Shown here in pieces: positions 19,755-28,538 of a stretch of DNA of 64,000 nucleotides. Below the pieces are notes generated by a model. That model did not search any database. It saw only the letters and a list, made by a program, of their open reading frames with translations, and was not told the DNA's origin. The translations under genes were made by a program, and so were the position numbers. How positions within the stretch are numbered: the first letter of the stretch is position 1; each line of letters starts with the position of its first letter. This DNA comes from a virus (taxonomy: Duplodnaviria; Caudoviricetes), in IMG/VR virus record IMGVR_UViG_3300033463_000070, positions 20,700-84,699 of that record; one strand, given 5' to 3'.

Positions 19755-20150
19755 TCAACTATTTAAATCTTTCGCTTTTATCCACATCTTATTTTCCCTA
19801 CACAACTTCACAAATAATTTATATTCTTCATAAGTCAGATTGTATTTCTTTAAGAAAGGAGGCAGGTCAATAAGCAATGACCTAATCATTCCGGGAAAAT
19901 CATACATAGTTATAGATAAATTTCTAAGTTTTTCTTTATCTACACCTTTGATGGGGAGTTTATGTTTCTTTAATTCATCAATAATTACTTGTTCATAATA
20001 TTCGTTCCCATCAAGTTCATATAAATAAAGTTTTTGTTTTTTCTTCTTACATTCTTTGCAATAATAAGATAATCCATCTGGATTGTTTTTGTTTTTACTA
20101 AAGCAACTCTCATCGAGTACTCTTTTACAACTATTACACTGTTTCATCAA
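19755..20150 (-). CDS. Zinc-finger protein (HNH-associated type N-terminal finger)
   Basis: KQCNSCKRVL...FSKNKNNPDGLSYYCKEC is a common phage zinc-finger module. No HNH catalytic domain follows. Confidence 0.55.
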   Translation of the reverse strand: MMKQCNSCKRVLDESCFSKNKNNPDGLSYYCKECKKKKQKLYLYELDGNEYYEQVIIDELKKHKLPIKGVDKEKLRNLSITMYDFPGMIRSLLIDLPPFLKKYNLTYEEYKLFVKLCRENKMWIKAKDLNS

Positions 20151-20170
20151 TTACCACAAAAATAAATTAA

Positions 20171-20491
20171 TTATGGGAATTTATATACATCGACTTCTAC
20201 ATTTTTGTATCCGTCTTTTTTTAAATCAGCTTTTATTTCATCAATTAATTGCTGGATTTTTTGTTGCTCCGAACTCATTTTTGATTTTTTTATTGTTTTC
20301 TTTTTTTCTTGTTCTTCTGCATCTTTAATTAATTTATTCAAAGCTTCTTCCTTTTTACTTTTATGCTGCAATATCCTTTTGATATAAGCAATTTCATTCT
20401 CAATATGAGATAACCTTTCAATTAAATAATCTTCAGGTTTATCATCACTATACCAATCAATACATTTTCCATCTGTGCAATTGCAATTCAT
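20171..20491 (-). CDS. Hypothetical coiled-coil protein
   Basis: ORF track, operon context. Confidence 0.5.
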   Translation of the reverse strand: MNCNCTDGKCIDWYSDDKPEDYLIERLSHIENEIAYIKRILQHKSKKEEALNKLIKDAEEQEKKKTIKKSKMSSEQQKIQQLIDEIKADLKKDGYKNVEVDVYKFP

Positions 20492-20493
20492 AT

Positions 20494-20724
20494 TTATTCA
20501 CCAAAATTTTTAAATAATTTTTCATGTTGATTAATGTAATCAACACAATATCTTATATCTTTTATCTTTTCATCATTATCTTCTTCGTTATTTAATACAC
20601 CTTGAGCGAAACTAAAAAAGATAGATGTCGCAAGCTTTTGTGAATCAAGTAATTTCAAATTATCTTCCTTAACTAATTCTTTTGTTACTTCTATAAGTAT
20701 TGATTCTATTGTTTGTTCATCCAT
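20494..20724 (-). CDS. Hypothetical protein
   Basis: ORF track, GAGG RBS. Confidence 0.5.
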   Translation of the reverse strand: MDEQTIESILIEVTKELVKEDNLKLLDSQKLATSIFFSFAQGVLNNEEDNDEKIKDIRYCVDYINQHEKLFKNFGE

Positions 20725-20779
20725 ATTTTATCCTCACGTGTATATATTTTTTATTTACAAAAATTTTTTTAAAAAAAAA

Positions 20780-21319
20780 TTAATAATTTTTTACTCTAAC
20801 TTGAAAATAAGATTGTGGATGGTCACAAACGGGACATACTTTAGGAGCTTCTTCTCCTTCATATATGTGTCCACAATTTAAGCATTGCCATTTTACTTCC
20901 TCATCACGTGCAAAAACTACATCATATTTTATATTATTTAATAATGTTTGATATCTTTTTTCATGTGCTTTTTCGATTTTAGCTACTTCTGCAAACAAGA
21001 AAGCAATATGTTCAAACCCTTCTTCTTCTGCTTCTTTTGCAAAATTTTTATACATTTCAACCCATTCATAATGTTCTCCAGCGATACCATCTTTTAAATT
21101 TTCAACTGTGTCTGGCATACCATCATGTAGGAGTTTAAACCAAATTTTTGCATGTTCTTTTTCATTATTAGCTGTTTCTGTAAAGAAATTAGCTATTTGT
21201 ACATATCCATCTTTTTTGGCTTGGCTAGCATAATAATCATATTTAGTTCTTGCCTGCGTCTCACCAGCAAATGCAGTTAATAAATTTGCTTCAGTTTTTG
21301 TTCCTTTTAAATCTTTCAT
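20780..21319 (-). CDS. rbr: Rubrerythrin
   Basis: Diiron helices ([29 protein letters not shown]) plus a C-terminal rubredoxin-like site WQCLNCG...CPVC. Confidence 0.93.
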   Translation of the reverse strand: MKDLKGTKTEANLLTAFAGETQARTKYDYYASQAKKDGYVQIANFFTETANNEKEHAKIWFKLLHDGMPDTVENLKDGIAGEHYEWVEMYKNFAKEAEEEGFEHIAFLFAEVAKIEKAHEKRYQTLLNNIKYDVVFARDEEVKWQCLNCGHIYEGEEAPKVCPVCDHPQSYFQVRVKNY

Positions 21320-21348
21320 ATTGAATACCTCGATTTTTTTTTAAAAAA

Positions 21349-21382
21349 AAATCCCAATCTATGATTAAATAGATTGGGATTT
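21349..21382 (-). terminator. Perfect 14-bp stem hairpin followed on the minus strand by a U-tract
   Basis: AAATCCCAATCTAT-gattaa-ATAGATTGGGATTT, then a run of T on the minus strand, just upstream of the rbr RBS. Confidence 0.6.
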
Positions 21383-21444
21383 AGAGGTGAGTTATATGGT
21401 TTATAAAATATTTGAAAACCTAATAGTATATATGACAGTCATCA

Positions 21445-21459
21445 TATATAAAGTTTTCG
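21445..21459 (-). promoter_or_regulatory. Archaeal BRE-TATA promoter
   Basis: Minus strand CGAAAAC-TTTATATA. Confidence 0.65.
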
Positions 21460-21462
21460 GTT

Positions 21463-21690
21463 TTAATTTTTTACTTTATAAAGTGATGCTCCATAAACAC
21501 CACCACTCATAAATAAAAACCACAACATAAATGCCCACCATTTACCTCCAACTATACCAAGTATCTCTGCAAAAGTCATTCCTGTTATCACTGTACATAT
21601 AAATGGTAGTAAAATTAAAAAAATACCAACTAAAAATAATGTTAATATTCCACCTGCTTTTAATATTGTTAAAAAATCGTTATCTATCAT
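21463..21690 (-). CDS. Small membrane protein (2 TM)
   Basis: Two hydrophobic stretches, GGAGG RBS. Confidence 0.6.
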   Translation of the reverse strand: MIDNDFLTILKAGGILTLFLVGIFLILLPFICTVITGMTFAEILGIVGGKWWAFMLWFLFMSGGVYGASLYKVKN

Positions 21691-21701
21691 AATTAAACCT
21701 C

Positions 21702-21998
21702 CTATCCAAACATTGCTGTTTCTTCTTCTTCTATTTCTCCCAACTTATTTAAATCTTCCATATCCATTGGAGTAATATCAATTATATATTTTTTATTAAT
21801 AAATGCAACACGCTCGGCATTCTCTTCGTCTGGAAGCAAGTAAGTAATAACAAGTATATCATCTGTTTCATTTTGAATGAAACTCCATTGATATACTCCG
21901 TCAGCTAACGCTACGGCTAAACATATACTTGATACTTCAAGTTGAGGTATACCGAGTGTTTTTGCTATCATTTGTGTATAATTTGCCATAATAATCAA
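21702..21998 (-). CDS. Hypothetical protein coupled to nrdD
   Basis: 4-nt overlap with the nrdD stop. Acidic. Confidence 0.55.
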   Translation of the reverse strand: MIIMANYTQMIAKTLGIPQLEVSSICLAVALADGVYQWSFIQNETDDILVITYLLPDEENAERVAFINKKYIIDITPMDMEDLNKLGEIEEEETAMFG

Positions 21999-23998
21999 TT
22001 AAAAGAATGTCTATATCTATCTTTAAATTCCTGCTTTTTACCAGCGTTATAACCTAAAATAGGGATGTAATAGCCCGTAATTCTGTCGTACTGTCTTATA
22101 TTTTGAGAACCACATATATAACACTCGCTCATGGCGTCATTTAGTGTAAAATTACAATCCTCGCAATAAGAAAAAATTCTAGAGAAAGCCCAGAATAAAG
22201 TATTTGTTTGGGAAATTTTTTGATTAAGTCTCCAAATTGCTTCGGGGTCAGGATAACTTTCAGACATCCAAATATGTAATATATTACCAGCACCAGTGTA
22301 CTTATGATACTTATCGGCATTTTTAATATGTTCTACGATATTAGCATCAGATAATACTGGAATGTGAGTACTGTTAGTAAGATATAAATTGCCATTTTTA
22401 CCTTGCACTACTGTGTTAGGATATTTTTCTTTATTTATCATGGCAAAACGATGAGCTGTGCTTTCAGCTGGTGAACCAATTACTGACCATCTCCAGCCGT
22501 CTTTTTTATTATATTCTACCTTTTTATTATTCAAAAATTGAACAATAGGTTCGCCAGAATCATATCCCAATATCTTACATGCCTCATACAAACCACAAAA
22601 TCCTAAAGTATATGTACATCTATCTAAATCATACAAAGGTTTTCCAGTTTCTTTGTCTTTCCATAGCAAGAAGTCACTCATGTGATAACTAAATAATATT
22701 TTTTCTGCTTCTTTGCGTCTAAATTTCAATGTTTCATACACAATATCGCAATACTCTTCTAATACATCAAAATATGCTCGTCCTTCATCAATAGCTTTAT
22801 GAGCAATCAAAGGCAAATTTAATGTACTATACATAAAATTACCAGTATTAAGACAATCCTTAGCATAATCACCACTATAATTCATAGGTAATCGTGTCCT
22901 ACACCCCATTACTGTTGCCTCTTCATCCATACAATTCACAAAATAAATTGTAGGATTAACAGCACTTAATTCATGAAGCAATTTACAATTACCTTCATAT
23001 TTATCGAGGTCTCCCTTACGAATATTAAAAAGTGTATTAGGAAATCGATGATATGCACCTTGTCCATCCTTTTCTTGTAAAACTTCACATACTGCTCTAA
23101 ATATAAGGTCGGCTTCTTCTTGATAATCTCCATAAACTCCATTAGATACTCCTTGCGGTCCTATTGCTGGTTCATTCTTCAGTACATCTGGTATATTTAA
23201 ATCCATACCTATAGAACTAAAAAGAATTTGTCCGCCACGACATACGAGCCCCATATTACAATTAAATATAAAAGATTGTATTGATTGCTTAATATCTTTG
23301 TATACCATTCCCTTTGCATAAGGAGCTAAAAATACATTAAAATTAGCAAGACCCTGTCCTCCACTAAATACTACTGCTCCTGCCATCATTGCATGTTGTA
23401 AATGATTAAGTAATACCTCAAGAGTTTTGGCAGGTTTAGCTACACTGCCCATTTTACCTTGACCATCAATTTTTAATCCATTCTTTGCAAAAAATCTTAT
23501 ATCATAATTCATACAATTAGGACGAGTATTAAAAAACTCAAGGTCATGATGATGTACATACCCATCAATATGAGCTTGAGCACAATCATTTGGCATAGTA
23601 AGCAAAGCATATTCTTTTGCTATAGCATCATAAGCATATTTAGCTATCATCTCTGGTGAATATCCAATATTAGCATTATCTTTACAGCCATTTTTAAGTA
23701 AATCCTCAAACTCTGCCACAGACATTCCTAATTTACGAGATTGTTCTTCTGCTTCAAATTCTCTTTCTCGTAATAACCAAGAAGATACTTCGGCACGAAT
23801 AGCAGCAGTTGATATTTCTTCCATACCATCTTTTCTTAATTTATATATTTTATTTGCTATTCTTCTTTGAATTTTGTCTGCAAGTTCTTCATTAATTTTT
23901 GTTTCTTTTTGTATTGTCTGGGAAATTATTCTAGGTTTGAATGGTTCGGTTTTTCCATCTGAATGAATAACAATTATCTTTTCTGGCACATATATCAC
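21995..23998 (-). CDS. nrdD: Class III (anaerobic) ribonucleotide reductase with N-terminal ATP cone
   Basis: ATP-cone-like N-terminus, HHHDL, GGQG, MGCRT, PAES.A.RFA, YLTNSTH, C-terminal CxxC...CxxC and glycyl-radical motif RITGY. The true start is probably GTG 23989 (AGGTGA RBS). Confidence 0.95.
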   Translation of the reverse strand: MIYVPEKIIVIHSDGKTEPFKPRIISQTIQKETKINEELADKIQRRIANKIYKLRKDGMEEISTAAIRAEVSSWLLREREFEAEEQSRKLGMSVAEFEDLLKNGCKDNANIGYSPEMIAKYAYDAIAKEYALLTMPNDCAQAHIDGYVHHHDLEFFNTRPNCMNYDIRFFAKNGLKIDGQGKMGSVAKPAKTLEVLLNHLQHAMMAGAVVFSGGQGLANFNVFLAPYAKGMVYKDIKQSIQSFIFNCNMGLVCRGGQILFSSIGMDLNIPDVLKNEPAIGPQGVSNGVYGDYQEEADLIFRAVCEVLQEKDGQGAYHRFPNTLFNIRKGDLDKYEGNCKLLHELSAVNPTIYFVNCMDEEATVMGCRTRLPMNYSGDYAKDCLNTGNFMYSTLNLPLIAHKAIDEGRAYFDVLEEYCDIVYETLKFRRKEAEKILFSYHMSDFLLWKDKETGKPLYDLDRCTYTLGFCGLYEACKILGYDSGEPIVQFLNNKKVEYNKKDGWRWSVIGSPAESTAHRFAMINKEKYPNTVVQGKNGNLYLTNSTHIPVLSDANIVEHIKNADKYHKYTGAGNILHIWMSESYPDPEAIWRLNQKISQTNTLFWAFSRIFSYCEDCNFTLNDAMSECYICGSQNIRQYDRITGYYIPILGYNAGKKQEFKDRYRHSFN

Positions 23999-24042
23999 CT
24001 ATTTTTTTATACCTATATGTATAATTTCTATTATATATAAAT

Positions 24043-24717
24043 TTATTGATTATTTTTTGTACATAATTCAGTAAACATTTTGTCTAATTCATTCATATCT
24101 TTTTCAGAAATTTTTGAAAATCTTAAAGTTGATAATTTTGATTCAATGTTATCTAAATAAACTTTTAATTTTATCATATAATTTTTATCATCTTCATTTA
24201 AAATAAATGGTTCATCAATTATTTTACACATTGTATCAAATACTTCAATCTCCTGAAGTAAAGATTTAATATTTGCAATACTAACATTATCATTATGTAC
24301 TTGTGATATTTTTCTTTTTATCATTGCAATAAATGATATCATTGGTGGGTGTTCTTGTGCGAAAAACAATATATCATTAAAATCTTTATCCATTATAACT
24401 GCATCTGTCAAAAATTTATAATATGATGGTGACCCAAAATAATATGCAAAACCTAATAAAGCTCCTAATTCAATAAACATAAATTCATGTCCATCTATGT
24501 TTTTTGATATGTCTGAGTCAGGTCTTGTTAAAAAAGTTAAGTAATTATGCAAGGAATGAATAAATATCCCGCATACATTACCATCTTTTTCGTAGATACT
24601 AAGTATTCTAATATTGTTTTGTTCTTCAAGTGTTTGTTTTGCTATTTGTAATATTTCATCATCAATTGGTCTATTCGGATTCTTGATAATCTCCGTCATA
24701 CTCATTAACAGCACCAT
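24043..24717 (-). CDS. Possible degenerate RlaP/PF10127-like nucleotidyltransferase-fold protein
   Basis: IRILSIYE...GIFIH...YL..L...ELGALL...P..Y resembles the PF10127 scaffold, but the GS...DSDxD catalytic loop is absent. By-eye alignment only. Confidence 0.3.
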   Translation of the reverse strand: MVLLMSMTEIIKNPNRPIDDEILQIAKQTLEEQNNIRILSIYEKDGNVCGIFIHSLHNYLTFLTRPDSDISKNIDGHEFMFIELGALLGFAYYFGSPSYYKFLTDAVIMDKDFNDILFFAQEHPPMISFIAMIKRKISQVHNDNVSIANIKSLLQEIEVFDTMCKIIDEPFILNEDDKNYMIKLKVYLDNIESKLSTLRFSKISEKDMNELDKMFTELCTKNNQ

Positions 24718-25177
24718 CCACTCTAATGTCTACTAACTGTGCGAATCGTTCTCCTTTTGTTATTACAAAATCTACTGGAAGATAGTTCATAATTAAGAAA
24801 GAAAGCGAACCGAAATAGCCATTATCACCAACTGCAGTCATTACATGCGTTCCGCAACGCAATAAAGTTGAACGAGGTCTATAAAATTGTAAAGAATCTT
24901 TGTCTATTTTTATTTTATTTTGTACAGTAGCAATGTAGGGAACATTAGGTCGCAGACTGTAAACATTTTTTATCTGCCCATTAACCGATAATGCGTTCAT
25001 TACTAATTCACTTCTATCTGGAATAACTTTTAATCCATCTATAATTCCATAAAATTTATTATTTCCTACATCAAATTCTTCTATTTTTCCTAAACGCAAA
25101 TCAAGTCCACCGGGCTGAAAACACTCGTCATCAAATTCTAGATATCTTTTTCTTAATATTTTTTCGCCATTAATCAT
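24671..25177 (-). CDS. dut: Trimeric dUTPase (archaeal-type; dCTP deaminase superfamily)
   Basis: QPGGLDLR, PRSTLLR, VGDNGYFG, GERFAQLV. Lacks the dCTP-deaminase catalytic Glu after the DxGY/F.G motif. Confidence 0.75.
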   Translation of the reverse strand: MINGEKILRKRYLEFDDECFQPGGLDLRLGKIEEFDVGNNKFYGIIDGLKVIPDRSELVMNALSVNGQIKNVYSLRPNVPYIATVQNKIKIDKDSLQFYRPRSTLLRCGTHVMTAVGDNGYFGSLSFLIMNYLPVDFVITKGERFAQLVDIRVDGAVNEYDGDYQESE

Positions 25178-25833
25178 TCTTCTTCCTCCGCTACTTTTTT
25201 AAATTCTTTATAAATTTCTTTCGCAAATACAACAGCTGTTCTTTTTAAAGCTAATAAATGCAAATGCTTTCTATTACTTTTTGGATGTTTGTATTGATAT
25301 TTACTTTTATAATCTTCATATAATTGACTGTAACGATAATCATCACGTATCAATTTAACAGTACAACGCATAATAGTTTTATTTAATCCTTCACAAAAAT
25401 CAATAGGGTCTGTTTTTTTATTGGCTACTTTCTTTCCATTAATATTTCTTTTAACTTTATAATATTTATTACTACTATTTCTTATAACAGGAGCAAGACC
25501 CGCATATGATATGAAATGCTTACGATTTTTAAATCTTTTAATATCTCCTATTTCGACTATTAATTCTGCCGCATCGTATAAATTTATTGATGGAATTTCT
25601 TTCAAAAATCCCATATATTCATTTGAAAAGTATAATATATTTTGTATTTCATCTCGTAATTTTTGCAATGGTTCATCAAATGGTTTAATACTTATATCTT
25701 CAAGTCTTTTTGACCTTGATTCATTTATATTTCCAAGCATTTTTAATCGATGTTTATTACTTCTGGATGCTTGAAAAACAGTTTTATTTGTATTAAATAA
25801 TATAGTTAAAACTTTTCTTTCGTTTGTATCCAT
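25174..25833 (-). CDS. IS110/IS116/IS902-family C-terminal (Tnp/Nop-like) domain protein lacking the RuvC domain
   Basis: LKEIPSINLYDAAELIVEIGDIKRF...SYAGLAPVIRNSS matches Transposase_20. Only about 65 helical residues precede it, with no DEDD domain. Has its own GAGGT RBS. Confidence 0.78.
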   Translation of the reverse strand: MDTNERKVLTILFNTNKTVFQASRSNKHRLKMLGNINESRSKRLEDISIKPFDEPLQKLRDEIQNILYFSNEYMGFLKEIPSINLYDAAELIVEIGDIKRFKNRKHFISYAGLAPVIRNSSNKYYKVKRNINGKKVANKKTDPIDFCEGLNKTIMRCTVKLIRDDYRYSQLYEDYKSKYQYKHPKSNRKHLHLLALKRTAVVFAKEIYKEFKKVAEEEE

Positions 25834-25835
25834 AA

Positions 25836-26450
25836 CTATAACCTCAATATATTTTTCTTTGCTTTCTTGCTTAATCGAGGAACTTCATCAAGTTCTTCTT
25901 CAGTTGCATTTAACACAGCACTTGGTGTTCCAAAATGTTTAAGCAATTTTTTAGCTGTTTGTTTTCCCACTCCATCTATACCAATTAATACATTTTCAAA
26001 TGCATTAGATGTTTTGGGTCTAACATTAGGAACTTCAATAGGTTTATCTGCTTTTTCTACTGCATTAATAATAGCAAGAATACATTCAACAAAATGAACA
26101 AAATTTTCAACCCAAAATACTGGAACATGATATCGAATTGTTAATGATGCGATATTTGCATATCGTTGAGTTAATGTTTGTTTGGAATATTTAGAATTTA
26201 ATTTACCATCATTATAACATATTATATATGAATACGGATATTTTTGTTTCATTTTAATTGCTTCTTCTTGTATTCTACGATTGGTGCACGAAGATATAAA
26301 ATCTTGTCTCGTTTTTACTTCAATAGCAATTTTATTATTAATAATAATATCTCCAGTTTCTAATCGCTCAACAGTTACATCAAAATATTGTTCTAACCGT
26401 TTAATTCGACGTGGGTCTTCTCTATCATCAACAGTGATTTTTATCATCAT
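25836..26450 (-). CDS. ERCC4/XPF-type nuclease with C-terminal (HhH)2
   Basis: VDDRE, LETGD, IEVKT..DF..S (ERKxxxD-like), then LIGIDGVGKQTAKKLLKHFG...LDEVPRL. Resembles the archaeal Hef C-terminal domain. Confidence 0.88.
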   Translation of the reverse strand: MMIKITVDDREDPRRIKRLEQYFDVTVERLETGDIIINNKIAIEVKTRQDFISSCTNRRIQEEAIKMKQKYPYSYIICYNDGKLNSKYSKQTLTQRYANIASLTIRYHVPVFWVENFVHFVECILAIINAVEKADKPIEVPNVRPKTSNAFENVLIGIDGVGKQTAKKLLKHFGTPSAVLNATEEELDEVPRLSKKAKKNILRL

Positions 26451-26459
26451 ATTTTCCTC

Positions 26460-27407
26460 CTATATATATAAATTTTGACCTTTACATTCGTTTGAACAAC
26501 ATATACCATTTGCTTTTTGAGTAGGACAGGAAGAAAATAATATATCATCTCTTGAAAAAAGATACTCTAATTGTCCTTCTTCTTCTATACAATGATAGAA
26601 TTTGTTTGATGATAATGATTGTTCTAATATATGTTCTACTTCTTCCTCAGAATAACCATCATCACGTAAATAACATATTAATTCACGACGTTCATGGTAT
26701 CCTAAATCAGGAGTAGATAATAAACATTTTACACAAGGAGGAAATTCGGTACTAAAATCAATTTTTCCTATCGTTTCTGCTTTTAATGGTGATATGATTT
26801 GCTTTGTTTCGTCAAAAGGTTGTAGTGATAATCTTGTTTTTCCATGTATATAGTCACAATTATTGTTATTCTTTTTTGCCAATTTACATATATCATTATA
26901 TGATAGTTCAAATAACTGTTCATATGTAATTGGAATACAATACAAACCAGTTTTTAAATTCTTAGTACCTATTATCCTTGATACCCTTCGTAGGTCACCT
27001 ATAACAGCTGGGTCTGACGTAGATTGTGTTCTCTGATGTAAATCTTTGACAAATTTTTTAATTGCTAATTTAGGTTGCTGCAAACTTTCCTCCGGTTTAG
27101 TCATTATAAAAATATGAAAGCCTCGACCACTAAACCGAATAAAGAACAAATAATCCTTGTTATTTAAGTACTCTGCCACCCTGCGTACATCTTCATAGAA
27201 CTTCAAATCTTTATCGTAATCAAAATCCAAAAATACTCTATCTACATAAGCATTTTGAGCATTAGGAATATCTTTATAATCATACACAGATACATACATA
27301 TTTTTTTTACCATTATATATCTGAATAAATTTATTAATCTCTTCTTTGTCTTGAACTGTTATTCTTATTTTTGGGATAAATAATTCTTTAACTAACATCT
27401 TCATCAA
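26460..27407 (-). CDS. Archaeo-eukaryotic primase, PriS catalytic domain fused to a PriL-like Fe-S domain
   Basis: FLDFD (motif I), SGRGFH (motif II), D..RVSR..GT.N (motif III). C-terminal FPPC...HERR...SC....GIC...EC. Confidence 0.85.
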   Translation of the reverse strand: MMKMLVKELFIPKIRITVQDKEEINKFIQIYNGKKNMYVSVYDYKDIPNAQNAYVDRVFLDFDYDKDLKFYEDVRRVAEYLNNKDYLFFIRFSGRGFHIFIMTKPEESLQQPKLAIKKFVKDLHQRTQSTSDPAVIGDLRRVSRIIGTKNLKTGLYCIPITYEQLFELSYNDICKLAKKNNNNCDYIHGKTRLSLQPFDETKQIISPLKAETIGKIDFSTEFPPCVKCLLSTPDLGYHERRELICYLRDDGYSEEEVEHILEQSLSSNKFYHCIEEEGQLEYLFSRDDILFSSCPTQKANGICCSNECKGQNLYI

Positions 27408-27795
27408 TCTCCAACAAATCTATATTATGTTGGAATTCAGCATCTAACACCATTTCAGCTAATTTAACTGCAAATTGACAACCCGGGTCCATTGATAAAC
27501 CCGAATCTGTATCAATTTCGTAATACGGCCATTCTAAACATGCATCAAATCGTGTAGCATATTCATCACATGTTTTTCCGTTAAAATATTTACAATTTAT
27601 TGTTTTACAACATTCTCCACATTGCTTACAAAACTCTGGATAGTCTTGTACCATTTCAAAAGTAAAATAATTTTCTGAAGCACGCATTAATACTGTATCA
27701 ATTATATCAGCAATTAAATCATCTTCCAATTGAGGATATTTCATTGTGTATTTGTCTATCATTTTTTTTATAAATTTTAAATGATTAATTGGCAT
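27388..27795 (-). CDS. YkgJ-like CxxCxxCC cysteine-cluster protein
   Basis: CKQCGECC...CKYF...CDEYATRFDACLEWPY. Confidence 0.75.
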   Translation of the reverse strand: MPINHLKFIKKMIDKYTMKYPQLEDDLIADIIDTVLMRASENYFTFEMVQDYPEFCKQCGECCKTINCKYFNGKTCDEYATRFDACLEWPYYEIDTDSGLSMDPGCQFAVKLAEMVLDAEFQHNIDLLEIDEDVS

Positions 27796-28538
27796 TAGAT
27801 ACCCCCCATATCCTTACACATTTCTTGATACCCGCAGTAACTGCAAAGATACTGATGTTCAGGATATAAATTATTTTCTTCAACTTCTTTTCTTATAAAA
27901 TCAAGCAAATTAATAGCCGCCTGTTCATCTTTTTTTGTAACAAAAGAACCTTTTTCTTGTTCTTCACAAAAATTAGTAAACTTCATTCCACCATCTTTAG
28001 TAAAAACTATGCCTGCTGATATAACATTTTTATCTGGATATTTGTAATTAATAAGCATTTTGTAATAAGTCAACTCAAGAAGATATTTTTTAATTGGATT
28101 TGTTTTACTTGTTTTGTAATCAATGATAATTAAGTCACCATCTTCATTTTCTAATACTAAATCAGCTAACCCACTAAAATTATGTTCTGTATCATGAATA
28201 TATTCTTCACTACTAAACACATGATAAATCTCATTTTTATCAAGAAAAGCTTCTTCAAAAAAATGTGCAAGATGATATAAATGTGTTTTTAAATCAAATT
28301 CTGTATCCATTGATGTATATATATTTAATAATTGTTGGTAAAAATCATCATCCATATTAAATTCTTGAACAAACCTTTCAGCAATTTCATGAACTTCTGT
28401 CCCACGTCGCATATACTCATTCGGTTCTTGCTTTATTTTATCGATATAACTTAACATAAATTCACGTCTGCATTTAAGAAAGGAATTAACTGCGGATTTT
28501 GAAAGCTTCATTTTATTCATCTCCTTTCCAGTGAGCAT
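27795..28538 (-). CDS. Cas4/RecB-like PD-(D/E)XK nuclease (solo, no CRISPR)
   Basis: LSKS.V.SF.KC, GT.VH, GLADLV, IIDYKT and C-terminal CSYCGYQEMC (4-Cys staple). Confidence 0.85.
   Translation of the reverse strand: MLTGKEMNKMKLSKSAVNSFLKCRREFMLSYIDKIKQEPNEYMRRGTEVHEIAERFVQEFNMDDDFYQQLLNIYTSMDTEFDLKTHLYHLAHFFEEAFLDKNEIYHVFSSEEYIHDTEHNFSGLADLVLENEDGDLIIIDYKTSKTNPIKKYLLELTYYKMLINYKYPDKNVISAGIVFTKDGGMKFTNFCEEQEKGSFVTKKDEQAAINLLDFIRKEVEENNLYPEHQYLCSYCGYQEMCKDMGGI

Noticed and set aside
24671-25177. dCTP deaminase
   Set aside because: The deaminase catalytic Glu following the G.[FY].G motif is absent, so dUTPase fits better.
25174-25833. Active IS110 insertion sequence
   Set aside because: No RuvC/DEDD domain and no non-coding ends. 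The gene abuts or overlaps both neighbours in an operon.
25825-25845. Readthrough fusion of ERCC4 with the IS110-like protein
   Set aside because: The two ORFs are in different frames (TAG-tt-ATG), and the downstream gene has its own GAGGT RBS.
27388-27795. NrdG-like radical-SAM activase
   Set aside because: The motif is CxxCxxCC (YkgJ-type), not CxxxCxxC, and the protein is too short.
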